Shown here one piece after another: positions 26,382 through 35,196 of a stretch of 40,933 nt of DNA (its first letter is position 1; each line of letters starts with the position of its first letter). Source of the DNA: Actinomycetota bacterium (GTDB lineage Bacteria > Actinomycetota > Actinomycetes > Nanopelagicales > Nanopelagicaceae); assembly GCA_016195215.1 (NCBI GenBank), contig JACPZY010000092.1:1-40933 (forward strand), in the 5' to 3' direction. Under the pieces are notes generated by a model. The model was not told the DNA's origin, ran no database searches, and saw nothing but the letters and a program-made list of their open reading frames with translations. The translations under genes were made by a program, and so were the position numbers.

Positions 26382-27179
26382 TTAGATTTTCAGAACAGAC
26401 TTATCCGGAAGTGGACAATCCGCCAAAACACCAGGCAACGAACTGTTGGCGCCGATCCACCCAGCGAGATCCAGGTTGATGTAACCAGATAATCTCAAAA
26501 GAGTCTCATGGATTTCAGTGATAGACATGCGTCTCTCTGCTTTCCCGTCGGCCTCCTTTTGACCATAAGCGGGAATTCCCCAAATTACATGTTCGTGGTG
26601 TGCCACTCTGTTACGTGCAAACTGAAGATCGTGAGCAGCTCGTTCAACGGTTACACGATCAAATTTGCCTACGCCAGGAAACGCTCTGTAAAGCGCGGGC
26701 TTCCACAAAAGTTCGTCATAAATCATTTTTGTACTAGATGTGATTCTTCCCGTTTTGGAGTCTTTGATGCTTTGGAACGAACCCTTACTAAGTATCTTCA
26801 CCCAGAAGCCAAACATTAGATCCGCGACGAGTTTCCCTTGCACTTCCTCAGGTGTTGCAGGGCGGCGGCTGGCTTCCCTCCCTTGTTTGATTGCATCCTT
26901 AATTAGATTCGTAGTGCCATCATCAAAGAGGTAGGGGTTATTGAACCATTTGGAGCCAAAAGTCGAAAGAAGTTCTTTGGCCATCGCACTTCGCATCGCT
27001 ACCTCGACTACGCCTAGATCGTCAAAGATGGCCAACGCCACCTGACTGTTCCATCTATAGAGTTTGGCGATATCGACGCTTTGCGCGTTCGCGACGGCAC
27101 GGTAACGTTGAAGCCGAAGTTCGGGAATAGTTTTCAACAGACGTGCGCTGATTGTCCAACCCCTTTCTTGACTCTTCAA
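26382..27179 (-). CDS. Abi_2 (AbiD/AbiF-like) HEPN-type abortive-infection family protein
   Basis: 265 aa. The N-terminus RLQRYRAV...LYRWNSQVALAIFDDLGVVEVAMRSA and the C-terminal FARNRVAHHEHVIW (R-x4-H HEPN-like motif) match the Abi_2 pattern. Confidence 0.75.
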   Translation of the reverse strand: MKSQERGWTISARLLKTIPELRLQRYRAVANAQSVDIAKLYRWNSQVALAIFDDLGVVEVAMRSAMAKELLSTFGSKWFNNPYLFDDGTTNLIKDAIKQGREASRRPATPEEVQGKLVADLMFGFWVKILSKGSFQSIKDSKTGRITSSTKMIYDELLWKPALYRAFPGVGKFDRVTVERAAHDLQFARNRVAHHEHVIWGIPAYGQKEADGKAERRMSITEIHETLLRLSGYINLDLAGWIGANSSLPGVLADCPLPDKSVLKI

Positions 27180-27319
27180 ATGTGGATAGTTACACTACAA
27201 GAGTAACCCCCGGCGCAGCGTGCTTTCGAGCATGACGGTCGGGGTTTTCTGTTGTTCGGTGCACGTCCACCTGTCTTCGACTGTACCGTTTCACCCAGTT
27301 GTTTCGGTATAGGCCTTCT

Positions 27320-28300
27320 TTACCTGAAACTGCAATCATTTCGAGAAGCCGGCTGTTCCACCAACTCGTCACTTGCAGGCACACTCTCTGGCAAAGTTGA
27401 ATTCAAGTTCGAGATCTCCTCTTCGGATAATAAGATGTCCACTCCCTGCAAATCATCAAGTAATGATGAAACACGTGTCGTGCCTGGAATTGGAATCATG
27501 CGAGATGAGGTGTGGAGCAACCAGGAAATCGCAATTGCGAAAGCTGAGACTCCCTTCTCTGCTCCGAGTTCGGCAAATGCTGAGAAGTCACCACCAGTGA
27601 GTCGCCCTGCATGTCTAATACCGCCCAGAGGCGACCAGGGAAGATATGCGATTCCGTACTCCTCGCAGATTTCAAGAACCTCAGCCTCGTGACGGTACCT
27701 GGGGCTGTACTCATGCTGAACTGAAACAACTCCACCTTGCCCTGGAGTGCCTCCGATCTCAATGGCCCTACGGAGTTGCTTGCTGTTGTAATTGCTCACG
27801 CCGATTCTTTCAACCAGGCCTCTCGATTGAATCTCAAGGAGATTCTCAAATTGATCTTCAAAGACCATTGATGGATCCAGGCGATGGTGCTGCCAGAGTT
27901 GGATTTTCTCCACTCTTAAACGTGTCGTTGAATTTTCAACGGCACGGAGCAAATAATCGAGGGTGCTGGATCGGCCCCAACTCTCTCCTGCTCCACGAGT
28001 GATACCTGCTTTTGTTGCGATAACTACTTTCGCCTTTTCTGACGGTGACCCACTCCAGGACTCAAAAGCCGCGCCAACAAGAGTTTCGTTATGACCGAAA
28101 GTATCCCAACTCGGTGCATATATATCAGCGGTGTCGAGAAGAGTCACTCCTGCGTCCAGCGCCGCATGAATGACTCCGAAAGCCCTATCGCTCTCATTAA
28201 GAATCGGCGCGTTGGCCCTCGACATGCCTGACAACTGCATACAGCCGAGTCCCATCGCAGAGACTTTCCACGGACCAATCGTGCGAGTCGCAATTGTCAT
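27320..28300 (-). CDS. Aldo/keto reductase
   Basis: GLGCMQLSG, LLDTADIY and IGVSNY motifs; 326 aa. Confidence 0.85.
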   Translation of the reverse strand: MTIATRTIGPWKVSAMGLGCMQLSGMSRANAPILNESDRAFGVIHAALDAGVTLLDTADIYAPSWDTFGHNETLVGAAFESWSGSPSEKAKVVIATKAGITRGAGESWGRSSTLDYLLRAVENSTTRLRVEKIQLWQHHRLDPSMVFEDQFENLLEIQSRGLVERIGVSNYNSKQLRRAIEIGGTPGQGGVVSVQHEYSPRYRHEAEVLEICEEYGIAYLPWSPLGGIRHAGRLTGGDFSAFAELGAEKGVSAFAIAISWLLHTSSRMIPIPGTTRVSSLLDDLQGVDILLSEEEISNLNSTLPESVPASDELVEQPASRNDCSFR

Positions 28301-28302
28301 AT

Positions 28303-28836
28303 TTATAGTTCCAAATCTTCTAGAGTGAATGCGGCGCGATATTCCAGACCCGCGTCGAGGATGGCCTGCTTTGCGCCGCGTTCGACGATCACTGCAACTC
28401 CAACAACAATAGCGCCTGCTTCGCGGAGTACTGCGACTGCCGTCAGTACTGAGCTGCCAGTTGTTGAGGTGTCCTCAACCGCAACAACACGACGACCTCT
28501 TACCTCTGGTCCTTCAATTCGCTTCTGCAGGCCGTGCTCCTTCGCTTCTTTGCGAACAACAAATGAGTCGATCAACCTTCCACTTCTTGCCGCGACGTGC
28601 ATCATTGCGGCAGCAACAGGGTCTGCACCCAGGGTGAGACCGCCAACGGCGTCAAACTCCCAATCCTTGAGCAAGTCGAGCATGACTTCACCGACAAGCG
28701 GAGCAGCAACTGCATCAAGAGTCACACGACGCAGATCAACGTAATAATCCGCCTCTTTGCCTGAGGAGAGAATGACTCTGCCACGAACGACGGCCTTCTT
28801 AATTATCTCTTCCTTAAGAGTTTCGTGTGAATTCAT
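28303..28836 (-). CDS. pyrE: Orotate phosphoribosyltransferase
   Basis: 177 aa. SGKEADYYVDLR plus the PRPP-binding loop VVAVEDTSTTGSSV. Confidence 0.9.
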   Translation of the reverse strand: MNSHETLKEEIIKKAVVRGRVILSSGKEADYYVDLRRVTLDAVAAPLVGEVMLDLLKDWEFDAVGGLTLGADPVAAAMMHVAARSGRLIDSFVVRKEAKEHGLQKRIEGPEVRGRRVVAVEDTSTTGSSVLTAVAVLREAGAIVVGVAVIVERGAKQAILDAGLEYRAAFTLEDLEL

Positions 28837-28880
28837 ACTGAGATCTTACCGACAGAAAGAGGAACCTTTACTATCGGCAG

Positions 28881-30188
28881 ATGAATCAGGAGCAGTTGCA
28901 GCGGCTCGAAATTGCGCGCCTCTTTCATCGATTTGGTTTTGGGCCAAAGCCCGGAGAATTTGCTGCTGCTATTTCACAGGGAGCTGCAGCGACAAGATCC
29001 CAACTCCTCACCGTTCCACAGAGTGATAAAGGCCTGGCATCAATACGGGAGCCACAATTAACAGACCTCGGCAAATTCCCGCCACCTGGTACAACAGCTC
29101 GTGCCGCATTTGCTACGGAAATGCGACGCCAGCGTAGAGATCTCGCCATCTGGTGGTTGGACAGAATGGCACTGGCAGATAACGCTCTCACTGAGCGAAT
29201 GACCTGGTTCTGGCATGGACATTGGGCCACCTCGATCGGGAAAGTGGAGTACGCCCTGCCAATGTATCTACAGAACCAGAGACTTCGCGCCAATGCTCTC
29301 GGGAATTTCGCCGACCAAGCACGCGCCATGATTCTCGACGGTGCCCTCCAATACTGGCTTGACGGTGGGGATAACACTGTGACTGCGCCAAACGAAAATC
29401 TCGCGCGGGAATTTATGGAGCTCTTCACCCTCGGTGTTGACCGATATTTTGAAACTGACGTCCAAACTGTGGCCCGAGCGCTAACGGGTTACCGGGTAGT
29501 TCGTTCAAATGGCGCAGTTACTTTCAACCCTAAGAATCACGACTCATCGAAACTCGCATTCCTCGGCACCTCCGGAACATTTACCGCCGAGAAACTCTCA
29601 GACTTTATCGTTTCGCGAGATGATTGCGCGCAGTTCATTGCAGAGCGAATCTGGTATCGGTTCATCTCAGATACATCACCCCTGCCAGAGAAGAATGGAA
29701 TCAAAACAAGTTTCGCAAAAAGAGATATCGCAAGTGCAATCAGAGCGACCGCAACTAGTTCTGCGATCTCGGATCTGAAATATTCCCAAGTGAAACCACC
29801 AATAGATTGGTTTATTTCGGTATGCAGAGCCTTACGTATTACACCATCAAAACTATCCAAACCCGACCAAGCGCTAAATTTTCTCGACAAGTTAGGACAA
29901 GTGCCCTTCTCGCCTCCCAATGTTGGGGGATGGCCCGCAGGAGAAGCATGGTTAACTGCCGGTAGCGCGCAGTACCGCCTGCAGATAGCGCAGATTCTTC
30001 TGGCGCAAGGCGACCTGTCATCAATAAAGCAATCTCCAATCGCGAACCGGGTGGATGCGCTGGCAGATCTTCTGGGAGTCCCCCTCTGGAGTGCACGGAC
30101 CCAGAGCGCATTAGAGAGCGTTACCGAGGATCCAGCGCGGATCTTTCTCCTGGGAGTTTCAACTCCTGAATACCTCGTGAGCCTTTAG
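28881..30188 (+). CDS. DUF1800 family protein
   Basis: FHRFGFGPKPGE and ERMTWFWHGHWATS are the characteristic DUF1800 pattern. It is paired with a DUF1501 gene. Confidence 0.75.
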   Translation: MNQEQLQRLEIARLFHRFGFGPKPGEFAAAISQGAAATRSQLLTVPQSDKGLASIREPQLTDLGKFPPPGTTARAAFATEMRRQRRDLAIWWLDRMALADNALTERMTWFWHGHWATSIGKVEYALPMYLQNQRLRANALGNFADQARAMILDGALQYWLDGGDNTVTAPNENLAREFMELFTLGVDRYFETDVQTVARALTGYRVVRSNGAVTFNPKNHDSSKLAFLGTSGTFTAEKLSDFIVSRDDCAQFIAERIWYRFISDTSPLPEKNGIKTSFAKRDIASAIRATATSSAISDLKYSQVKPPIDWFISVCRALRITPSKLSKPDQALNFLDKLGQVPFSPPNVGGWPAGEAWLTAGSAQYRLQIAQILLAQGDLSSIKQSPIANRVDALADLLGVPLWSARTQSALESVTEDPARIFLLGVSTPEYLVSL

Positions 30189-30196
30189 GAGCGGTT

Positions 30197-31432
30197 ATGG
30201 ATACTCTTTCGCGTCGGCGCTTTCTCCAACTTACTGGGGGCGCAGCAATTGCGGCGGCCGCACCTCTTCTCTCTATTGATTCGATCGCACAGGCCGCCTT
30301 GATTCGGCCACTGCCTCTGGGAACGCCAATCTTTGTACTCATTACTCTCTACGGTGGAAATGATGGGCTCAATACCGTTATTCCATATCAGGACTCGGCT
30401 TACTACCAAGCGCGGCCAGAAATCTCCTACCAGGAGAGTGAACTTCTTCCCATCGGCGAAGGTCTCGCACTTAATGGTTCCATGTCAGGGATCAAGGCTC
30501 TCTGGGAGTCAAAAAAGGTTGCCATTATTCGAGGTGTCGGTTACCCGCAACCTGACCGTTCTCATTTCTCCTCTATGGCCATCTGGCAGAGCGCTTCACC
30601 GATAAGTCACGTGAGTTCGGGTTGGCTTGGTCGTTGGCTCGACAGACAGGAGAGCGATCCCATGTTGGCGATAAGCCTGGGATCTGTACTGCCTCCATTA
30701 CTCGCCGGATCTAAAGTATCTGGTTCCGCACTACCTCTTGGGGGACTTGTCGTACCGAGCGGAAAGTTGGCCCTTGATTGCCAGAGAATCTCTGCGGCCA
30801 GCGGGGGCGATTCGAAACTCATGGCGAGCGCGGCTACATCGCTTCGCAATCTTTTTGAGTTGTCGAGCACGATCACACCAATTCTTAAAGAACCCGCCCC
30901 GTCCACCGGCGAACTTCCCACGGCAAATGGCGGGAATGCAGGAGGAAATTCTGATCTTCAACAGCAACTCGATGTTGTCGCCAAATTAATTGCAGCGGGG
31001 TCCCCCACGCGAATTTGGTCAGTAAGTCTTGGTGGTTTTGACACTCACGCAAATGAGAAGGGGGCGCAGTCAATACTCCTTGGAAATGTTTCAGATTCAA
31101 TCGCCCGTTTTATGAAGCAGATGCAATTGACAGGTCGCGGGAAGGATATTGTCGTCATGGCCTATAGCGAATTTGGTCGACGGGTGAAGGGCAATGCCTC
31201 ACAGGGAACTGATCACGGTACGTCAGGTCCGGTCTTTCTTATTGGCGACCGGGTCAACGGCGGCTTCTACGGCGATCAGCCATCGATGAGAGAATTAGTT
31301 GCTGGTGATCTCGCAGTCACGACGGACTTCAGAGATATTTACGGAACTCTCCTTGAAGGAGTACTTAAAACTCCAGCAAGCGACGTTCTGGGAAAATGGA
31401 GTGGGCGAAGTAACTTCCTTCGCTCTGCTTAA
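30197..31432 (+). CDS. DUF1501 family protein (sulfatase-like fold) with a twin-arginine signal
   Basis: Tat motif SRRRFLQLTGGAAIAAAAP, followed by GGNDGLNTVIP, RSHF, GGFDTH and GTDHG motifs. Confidence 0.8.
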   Translation: MDTLSRRRFLQLTGGAAIAAAAPLLSIDSIAQAALIRPLPLGTPIFVLITLYGGNDGLNTVIPYQDSAYYQARPEISYQESELLPIGEGLALNGSMSGIKALWESKKVAIIRGVGYPQPDRSHFSSMAIWQSASPISHVSSGWLGRWLDRQESDPMLAISLGSVLPPLLAGSKVSGSALPLGGLVVPSGKLALDCQRISAASGGDSKLMASAATSLRNLFELSSTITPILKEPAPSTGELPTANGGNAGGNSDLQQQLDVVAKLIAAGSPTRIWSVSLGGFDTHANEKGAQSILLGNVSDSIARFMKQMQLTGRGKDIVVMAYSEFGRRVKGNASQGTDHGTSGPVFLIGDRVNGGFYGDQPSMRELVAGDLAVTTDFRDIYGTLLEGVLKTPASDVLGKWSGRSNFLRSA

Positions 31433-31818
31433 TCTTCTTTATAGATAACCATCGGCGTAGAAACTCGACGCGCTAGCACTTTAGGGGGGTTCGCTTCCAA
31501 GAGCGCATCAACTTCAACGCGGAGTTTGGCAACTTCGAGAGCCATATTTGCCATCGCGGATTCGAGTTCAATAATTCTCTTGACCCCAGCGTGATTTATT
31601 CCTTCACCGATAAGTCTTTGAACATTCCGGAGAAGGGCAATATCACGGAGCGAATACCTCCGGCCACGTCCACTGGCTCGACCAGGCGAGACTAAACCGA
31701 GACGGTCGTACTGCCGGAGAGTTTGCGGATGAAGTCCCGATAACTGGGAAGCGATTGAGATGACGTAGACAGCTGCCTCATCGTCATCCTCGGGATTTCT
31801 CATTTCTTCGTTTCTCAT
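31429..31818 (-). CDS. hspR: MerR-family heat-shock repressor HspR
   Basis: The HTH YVISIASQLSGLHPQTLRQYDRLGLVSPGR. It is the last gene of the dnaK operon, and a matching HAIR operator lies upstream of dnaK. Confidence 0.85.
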   Translation of the reverse strand: MRNEEMRNPEDDDEAAVYVISIASQLSGLHPQTLRQYDRLGLVSPGRASGRGRRYSLRDIALLRNVQRLIGEGINHAGVKRIIELESAMANMALEVAKLRVEVDALLEANPPKVLARRVSTPMVIYKED

Positions 31819-32750
31819 GATTTTGCCTTGGATTTAAATTCAGCCCTGACATCCTCATCAGCCGTCGCGGAGGCAAAATCCTCCAACGCCTTCTGCGCTT
31901 TTGTACTCAGGCGTTGCGGCACCTGAACATCCACCTGAACAAGTAAGTCTCCTGTGCCATTGGGTGTTTTCACTCCCCGACCCTTGACGCGGAGAACTCG
32001 ACCATTGGGAGTGCCGGGGGCAAGGCGGACAGTGACCTCTTCCCCGCTCAAAGTTGGCACCTTGATATCGGCGCCCAACGCCGCTTCGGTGAAGGTAACT
32101 GGCATCGTCATGAGCAAGTTCTCTCCCTTGTGGGAGAAGATCGGATGGGCTCTTACCGTGAGATGAATAAAAAGGTCCCCTGGTCCCGCCTCTCCTGGAG
32201 CACCTTTGCCTTTGATCCGGATTTTTCCGCCGTTCTTAACCCCAGGCGGTACACGGACGGTGATATTGGCGGGCGCACCGCCATCGCTAGAGAGACGGAG
32301 CTCGAGATTTGTCCCGAAGATAGATTCGCGGAAGGAGATCGTTGATTCAGTCTGAAGATCAGCGCCTCTACGTGGACCCCTGCGGCCTCCGAAAAGGTTG
32401 GCAAAGATATCTTGCGTAGAGCCATCGCCAAATACATCCGAGAAATCGCGACTTGACCCAAAACCGCCGCCCTGGCCGCCCTGAGAGCCTGGGGGAGCTC
32501 GGAATCCGCCCCGCTCAAAGAGCGATCGTGCTTCGTCGTACTCCGCGCGAGATTTCTCATCAGAGAGAATCTCGTAGGCCTCAGAGACGGCTTTGAATTC
32601 CTCTTCGAGTTTCTTGTTCCCAGTATTTTTATCCGGATGCAACTTATGAGCCAGTAAGCGGTACTGCTTCCTGATCTCTTTGGTCGTCGCATCCTTAGCA
32701 ACGCCGAGGATCTTATAGAAGTCTTTCTCGTAAAGATCTTTGGCGGCCAC
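31815..32750 (-). CDS. dnaJ: J-domain co-chaperone lacking the zinc-finger domain (CbpA/class II-like)
   Basis: J domain with HPDKN, a G/F-rich linker and C-terminal beta domains. The 311-aa product contains no cysteine at all. Confidence 0.85.
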   Translation of the reverse strand: MAAKDLYEKDFYKILGVAKDATTKEIRKQYRLLAHKLHPDKNTGNKKLEEEFKAVSEAYEILSDEKSRAEYDEARSLFERGGFRAPPGSQGGQGGGFGSSRDFSDVFGDGSTQDIFANLFGGRRGPRRGADLQTESTISFRESIFGTNLELRLSSDGGAPANITVRVPPGVKNGGKIRIKGKGAPGEAGPGDLFIHLTVRAHPIFSHKGENLLMTMPVTFTEAALGADIKVPTLSGEEVTVRLAPGTPNGRVLRVKGRGVKTPNGTGDLLVQVDVQVPQRLSTKAQKALEDFASATADEDVRAEFKSKAKS

Positions 32751-32753
32751 GAT

Positions 32754-33242
32754 TTACTCGGGATCCGTTACAGCAACGCGAGCAGGACGGAGAATGCGAT
32801 TTCTATATTTGTAACCAGGTTGCAAGATAGTTGTCGCCGTTGTCTCAGTTACTTCGGTCGAAGTCGCATGCGAAAGTGCTTCATGAATTTGCGGATCAAA
32901 GGTGGTTCCGACTTCGCCAAATTGTTCAAGTCCGAATTTAGAGGTGACACCAACCAATCGATCAGCAACTGCCTTAAAGCCGGCCGTAAGCTCACCATGC
33001 TCTTTGGCACGATCAAGGTCGTCAAGTATGGGAAGAATTTCGGTAAGCAGAGCGCTTATCGCCAACTCGTGTGAGAGAGAACGATCTCGCTCTACTCGCT
33101 TTCGATAATTGATGTACTCAGCTTGTAGGCGTTGGAGATCTCCGGTGAGGACGGCGAGATCACTCTCAACCGCCTCACTCTCAAGATCTTCCATAACTTC
33201 ATCAGCTAGAGATTCATTCTCTGATGGCATATCTGATGACAT
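32754..33242 (-). CDS. grpE: Nucleotide exchange factor GrpE
   Basis: 162 aa, located between dnaK and dnaJ. It has an acidic N-terminus, a coiled-coil region (LQAEYINYRKRVERD) and a C-terminal beta domain. Confidence 0.85.
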   Translation of the reverse strand: MSSDMPSENESLADEVMEDLESEAVESDLAVLTGDLQRLQAEYINYRKRVERDRSLSHELAISALLTEILPILDDLDRAKEHGELTAGFKAVADRLVGVTSKFGLEQFGEVGTTFDPQIHEALSHATSTEVTETTATTILQPGYKYRNRILRPARVAVTDPE

Positions 33243-33244
33243 GG

Positions 33245-35071
33245 TTATTCTTCGACAATCTCTGCATCTTCAACACCCTGTTCTGTTCCTTCAGAGGCGG
33301 AAGATTGTGCAGACGCTGTGCTTGCGGCATAAAGTGCCGACCCGAGAGCCTGACTCAATGTCGAAACCTTCTCGGTTGCACTCTTGATCATTTCGAAGTT
33401 TGCACCTCCGAGTGCTGTCTTGAGTTCGGCTAGGGCTTCCTCAGTCTCAGCTTTCTTAGTAGCGGCTTCGCCCTCATTGAGTTTCTCGCCATTCTCTGCC
33501 AGGAATTTCTCAGTCTGGTAAAGCAGCGAGTCGCCCGTATTACGGATTTCTGCCTCCTCTTTACGTTGACGATCATCCTCTGCGTGAGCCTCGGCATCCT
33601 TCATCATCCGATCAATCTCATCCTTTGAAAGCGCAGAGCCACCAGTAATAGTCATTCTCTGCTCTTTACCGGTGCCTAGATCTTTCGCTGAAACGTGGAC
33701 GATGCCGTTGGCATCAATATCAAATGTCACTTCGATCTGCGGAACTCCACGTGGTGCCGGCGGAAGACCGGTGAGCTCAAACATTCCCAACTTCTTATTG
33801 TAGGCAGCCATTTCTCGCTCACCTTGGTATGCCTGAATCTGCACAGCTGGTTGGTTGTCATCTGCGGTCGTGAATATTTCACTCCGTTTGGTTGGGATAG
33901 TTGTGTTCCGCTCGATAAGCCGAGTCATCACGCCACCTTTAGTCTCAATACCAAGAGAGAGTGGAGTGACATCAAGGAGTAGAACGTCCTTCACTTCACC
34001 TTTGAGAACACCAGCTTGTAGGGCCGCGCCAACTGCAACAACCTCATCAGGGTTAACACCCTTATTTGGTTCGCGACCACCCGTGAGATCCCTAACGAGA
34101 TCAACCACGGCCGGCATACGGGTGGAGCCTCCGACAAGGACTACATGGTGAATTTTGCTAACAGGAATTCCCGCATCCTTCAAGACGGATTGGAAAGGCT
34201 TCTTGCAACGATCAAGTAAATCTGCAGTGAGTGCTTGGAATTGTGCCCGTGTGATTGTCTCATCCAAGAAAAGTGGATTCTTCTCTGCATCAACGGTGAT
34301 ATATGGCAGGTTGATAGATGCCTGCTGGGAAGAGGAGAGCTCGATCTTTGCCTTCTCTGCCGCTTCACGGATACGTTGCATCGCCATCTTGTCTTTGGTG
34401 AGATCGATCCCGTTTTTGGAACCAAAGGTCTTGACGAGGTGATCGACAAGTGCCTGATCCCAGTCATCTCCGCCTAGGTGGTTATCGCCATTGGTTGCTT
34501 TAACTTCTACAACGCCTCCACCAATTTCAAGGAGAGAGACGTCGAAGGTCCCACCGCCCAGGTCGAATACCAGGATGGTGTGCTCCTCGTCGGCCTTATC
34601 CAGACCGTAGGCAAGGGCCGCCGCGGTTGGCTCATTGATAATTCGGAGGACATTGAGCCCGGCGATCTCGCCAGCTTCCTTCGTTGCTTGGCGCTGAGCA
34701 TCATTGAAGTAGGCCGGAACGGTAATAACTGCGTCCGTGACGCTCTCGCCGAGGTATGACTCAGCATCCCGTTTCAGCTTCTGCAGGACGCGTGCGCTGA
34801 TCTCCTGAGGGGTGTACTTCTTACCGTCGATGTCGATGCTCCATGAAGTACCCATGTGCCGCTTTACTGAACGGACTGTCCGTTCCACGTTGGTAATAGA
34901 CTGGCGCTTGGCCACCTCACCCACGAGAACCTCGCCATTTTTAGCAAAAGCCACGATCGAGGGGGTCGTCCGCGCGCCTTCGGCATTGGCGATAACGGTT
35001 GGCTCACCACCCTCTAGTACCGAAACACAACTATTGGTAGTACCGAGGTCGATTCCAACTGCTCTAGCCAT
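33245..35071 (-). CDS. dnaK: Hsp70 chaperone DnaK
   Basis: [19 protein letters not shown] and [10 protein letters not shown] motifs; 608 aa. Confidence 0.97.
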   Translation of the reverse strand: MARAVGIDLGTTNSCVSVLEGGEPTVIANAEGARTTPSIVAFAKNGEVLVGEVAKRQSITNVERTVRSVKRHMGTSWSIDIDGKKYTPQEISARVLQKLKRDAESYLGESVTDAVITVPAYFNDAQRQATKEAGEIAGLNVLRIINEPTAAALAYGLDKADEEHTILVFDLGGGTFDVSLLEIGGGVVEVKATNGDNHLGGDDWDQALVDHLVKTFGSKNGIDLTKDKMAMQRIREAAEKAKIELSSSQQASINLPYITVDAEKNPLFLDETITRAQFQALTADLLDRCKKPFQSVLKDAGIPVSKIHHVVLVGGSTRMPAVVDLVRDLTGGREPNKGVNPDEVVAVGAALQAGVLKGEVKDVLLLDVTPLSLGIETKGGVMTRLIERNTTIPTKRSEIFTTADDNQPAVQIQAYQGEREMAAYNKKLGMFELTGLPPAPRGVPQIEVTFDIDANGIVHVSAKDLGTGKEQRMTITGGSALSKDEIDRMMKDAEAHAEDDRQRKEEAEIRNTGDSLLYQTEKFLAENGEKLNEGEAATKKAETEEALAELKTALGGANFEMIKSATEKVSTLSQALGSALYAASTASAQSSASEGTEQGVEDAEIVEE

Positions 35072-35124
35072 TTTTTAAACTCCTTCTTCTTATCTCATGG
35101 GCCCCCGCTGGGGAGCATGGAACA

Positions 35125-35177
35125 ATTCTCAACCTTGCGTCGTCTTTTGTCAAAAGATTGAGTCATGTCGACTCAAG
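35125..35177 (-). promoter_or_regulatory. dnaK promoter region with an HspR-associated inverted repeat (HAIR)
   Basis: The minus strand reads CTTGAGT-CGACATG-ACTCAAT (35177..35157) against the consensus CTTGAGT-N7-ACTCAAG. It is followed directly by TTGACA (35153..35148), a 17-nt spacer and GAGAAT (35130..35125). Confidence 0.65.
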
Positions 35178-35196
35178 ATTAATGGGCGGGGGGAGT

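Noticed and set aside
27190-27384. A 64-aa basic minus-strand ORF ends 11 nt upstream of the Abi gene and might be a partner or antitoxin.
   Set aside because: Even from its internal Met (27339), it overlaps the 3' end of the aldo/keto reductase CDS by about 20 nt in another frame. It has no recognisable fold or RBS and is most likely a shadow ORF.
28325-29428. ORFs of 139 aa (plus strand, inside pyrE) and 167 aa (minus strand, inside DUF1800).
   Set aside because: They are shadow ORFs with Ala/Arg/Ser/Thr-rich composition and no motifs. The opposite-strand genes have clear family signatures.
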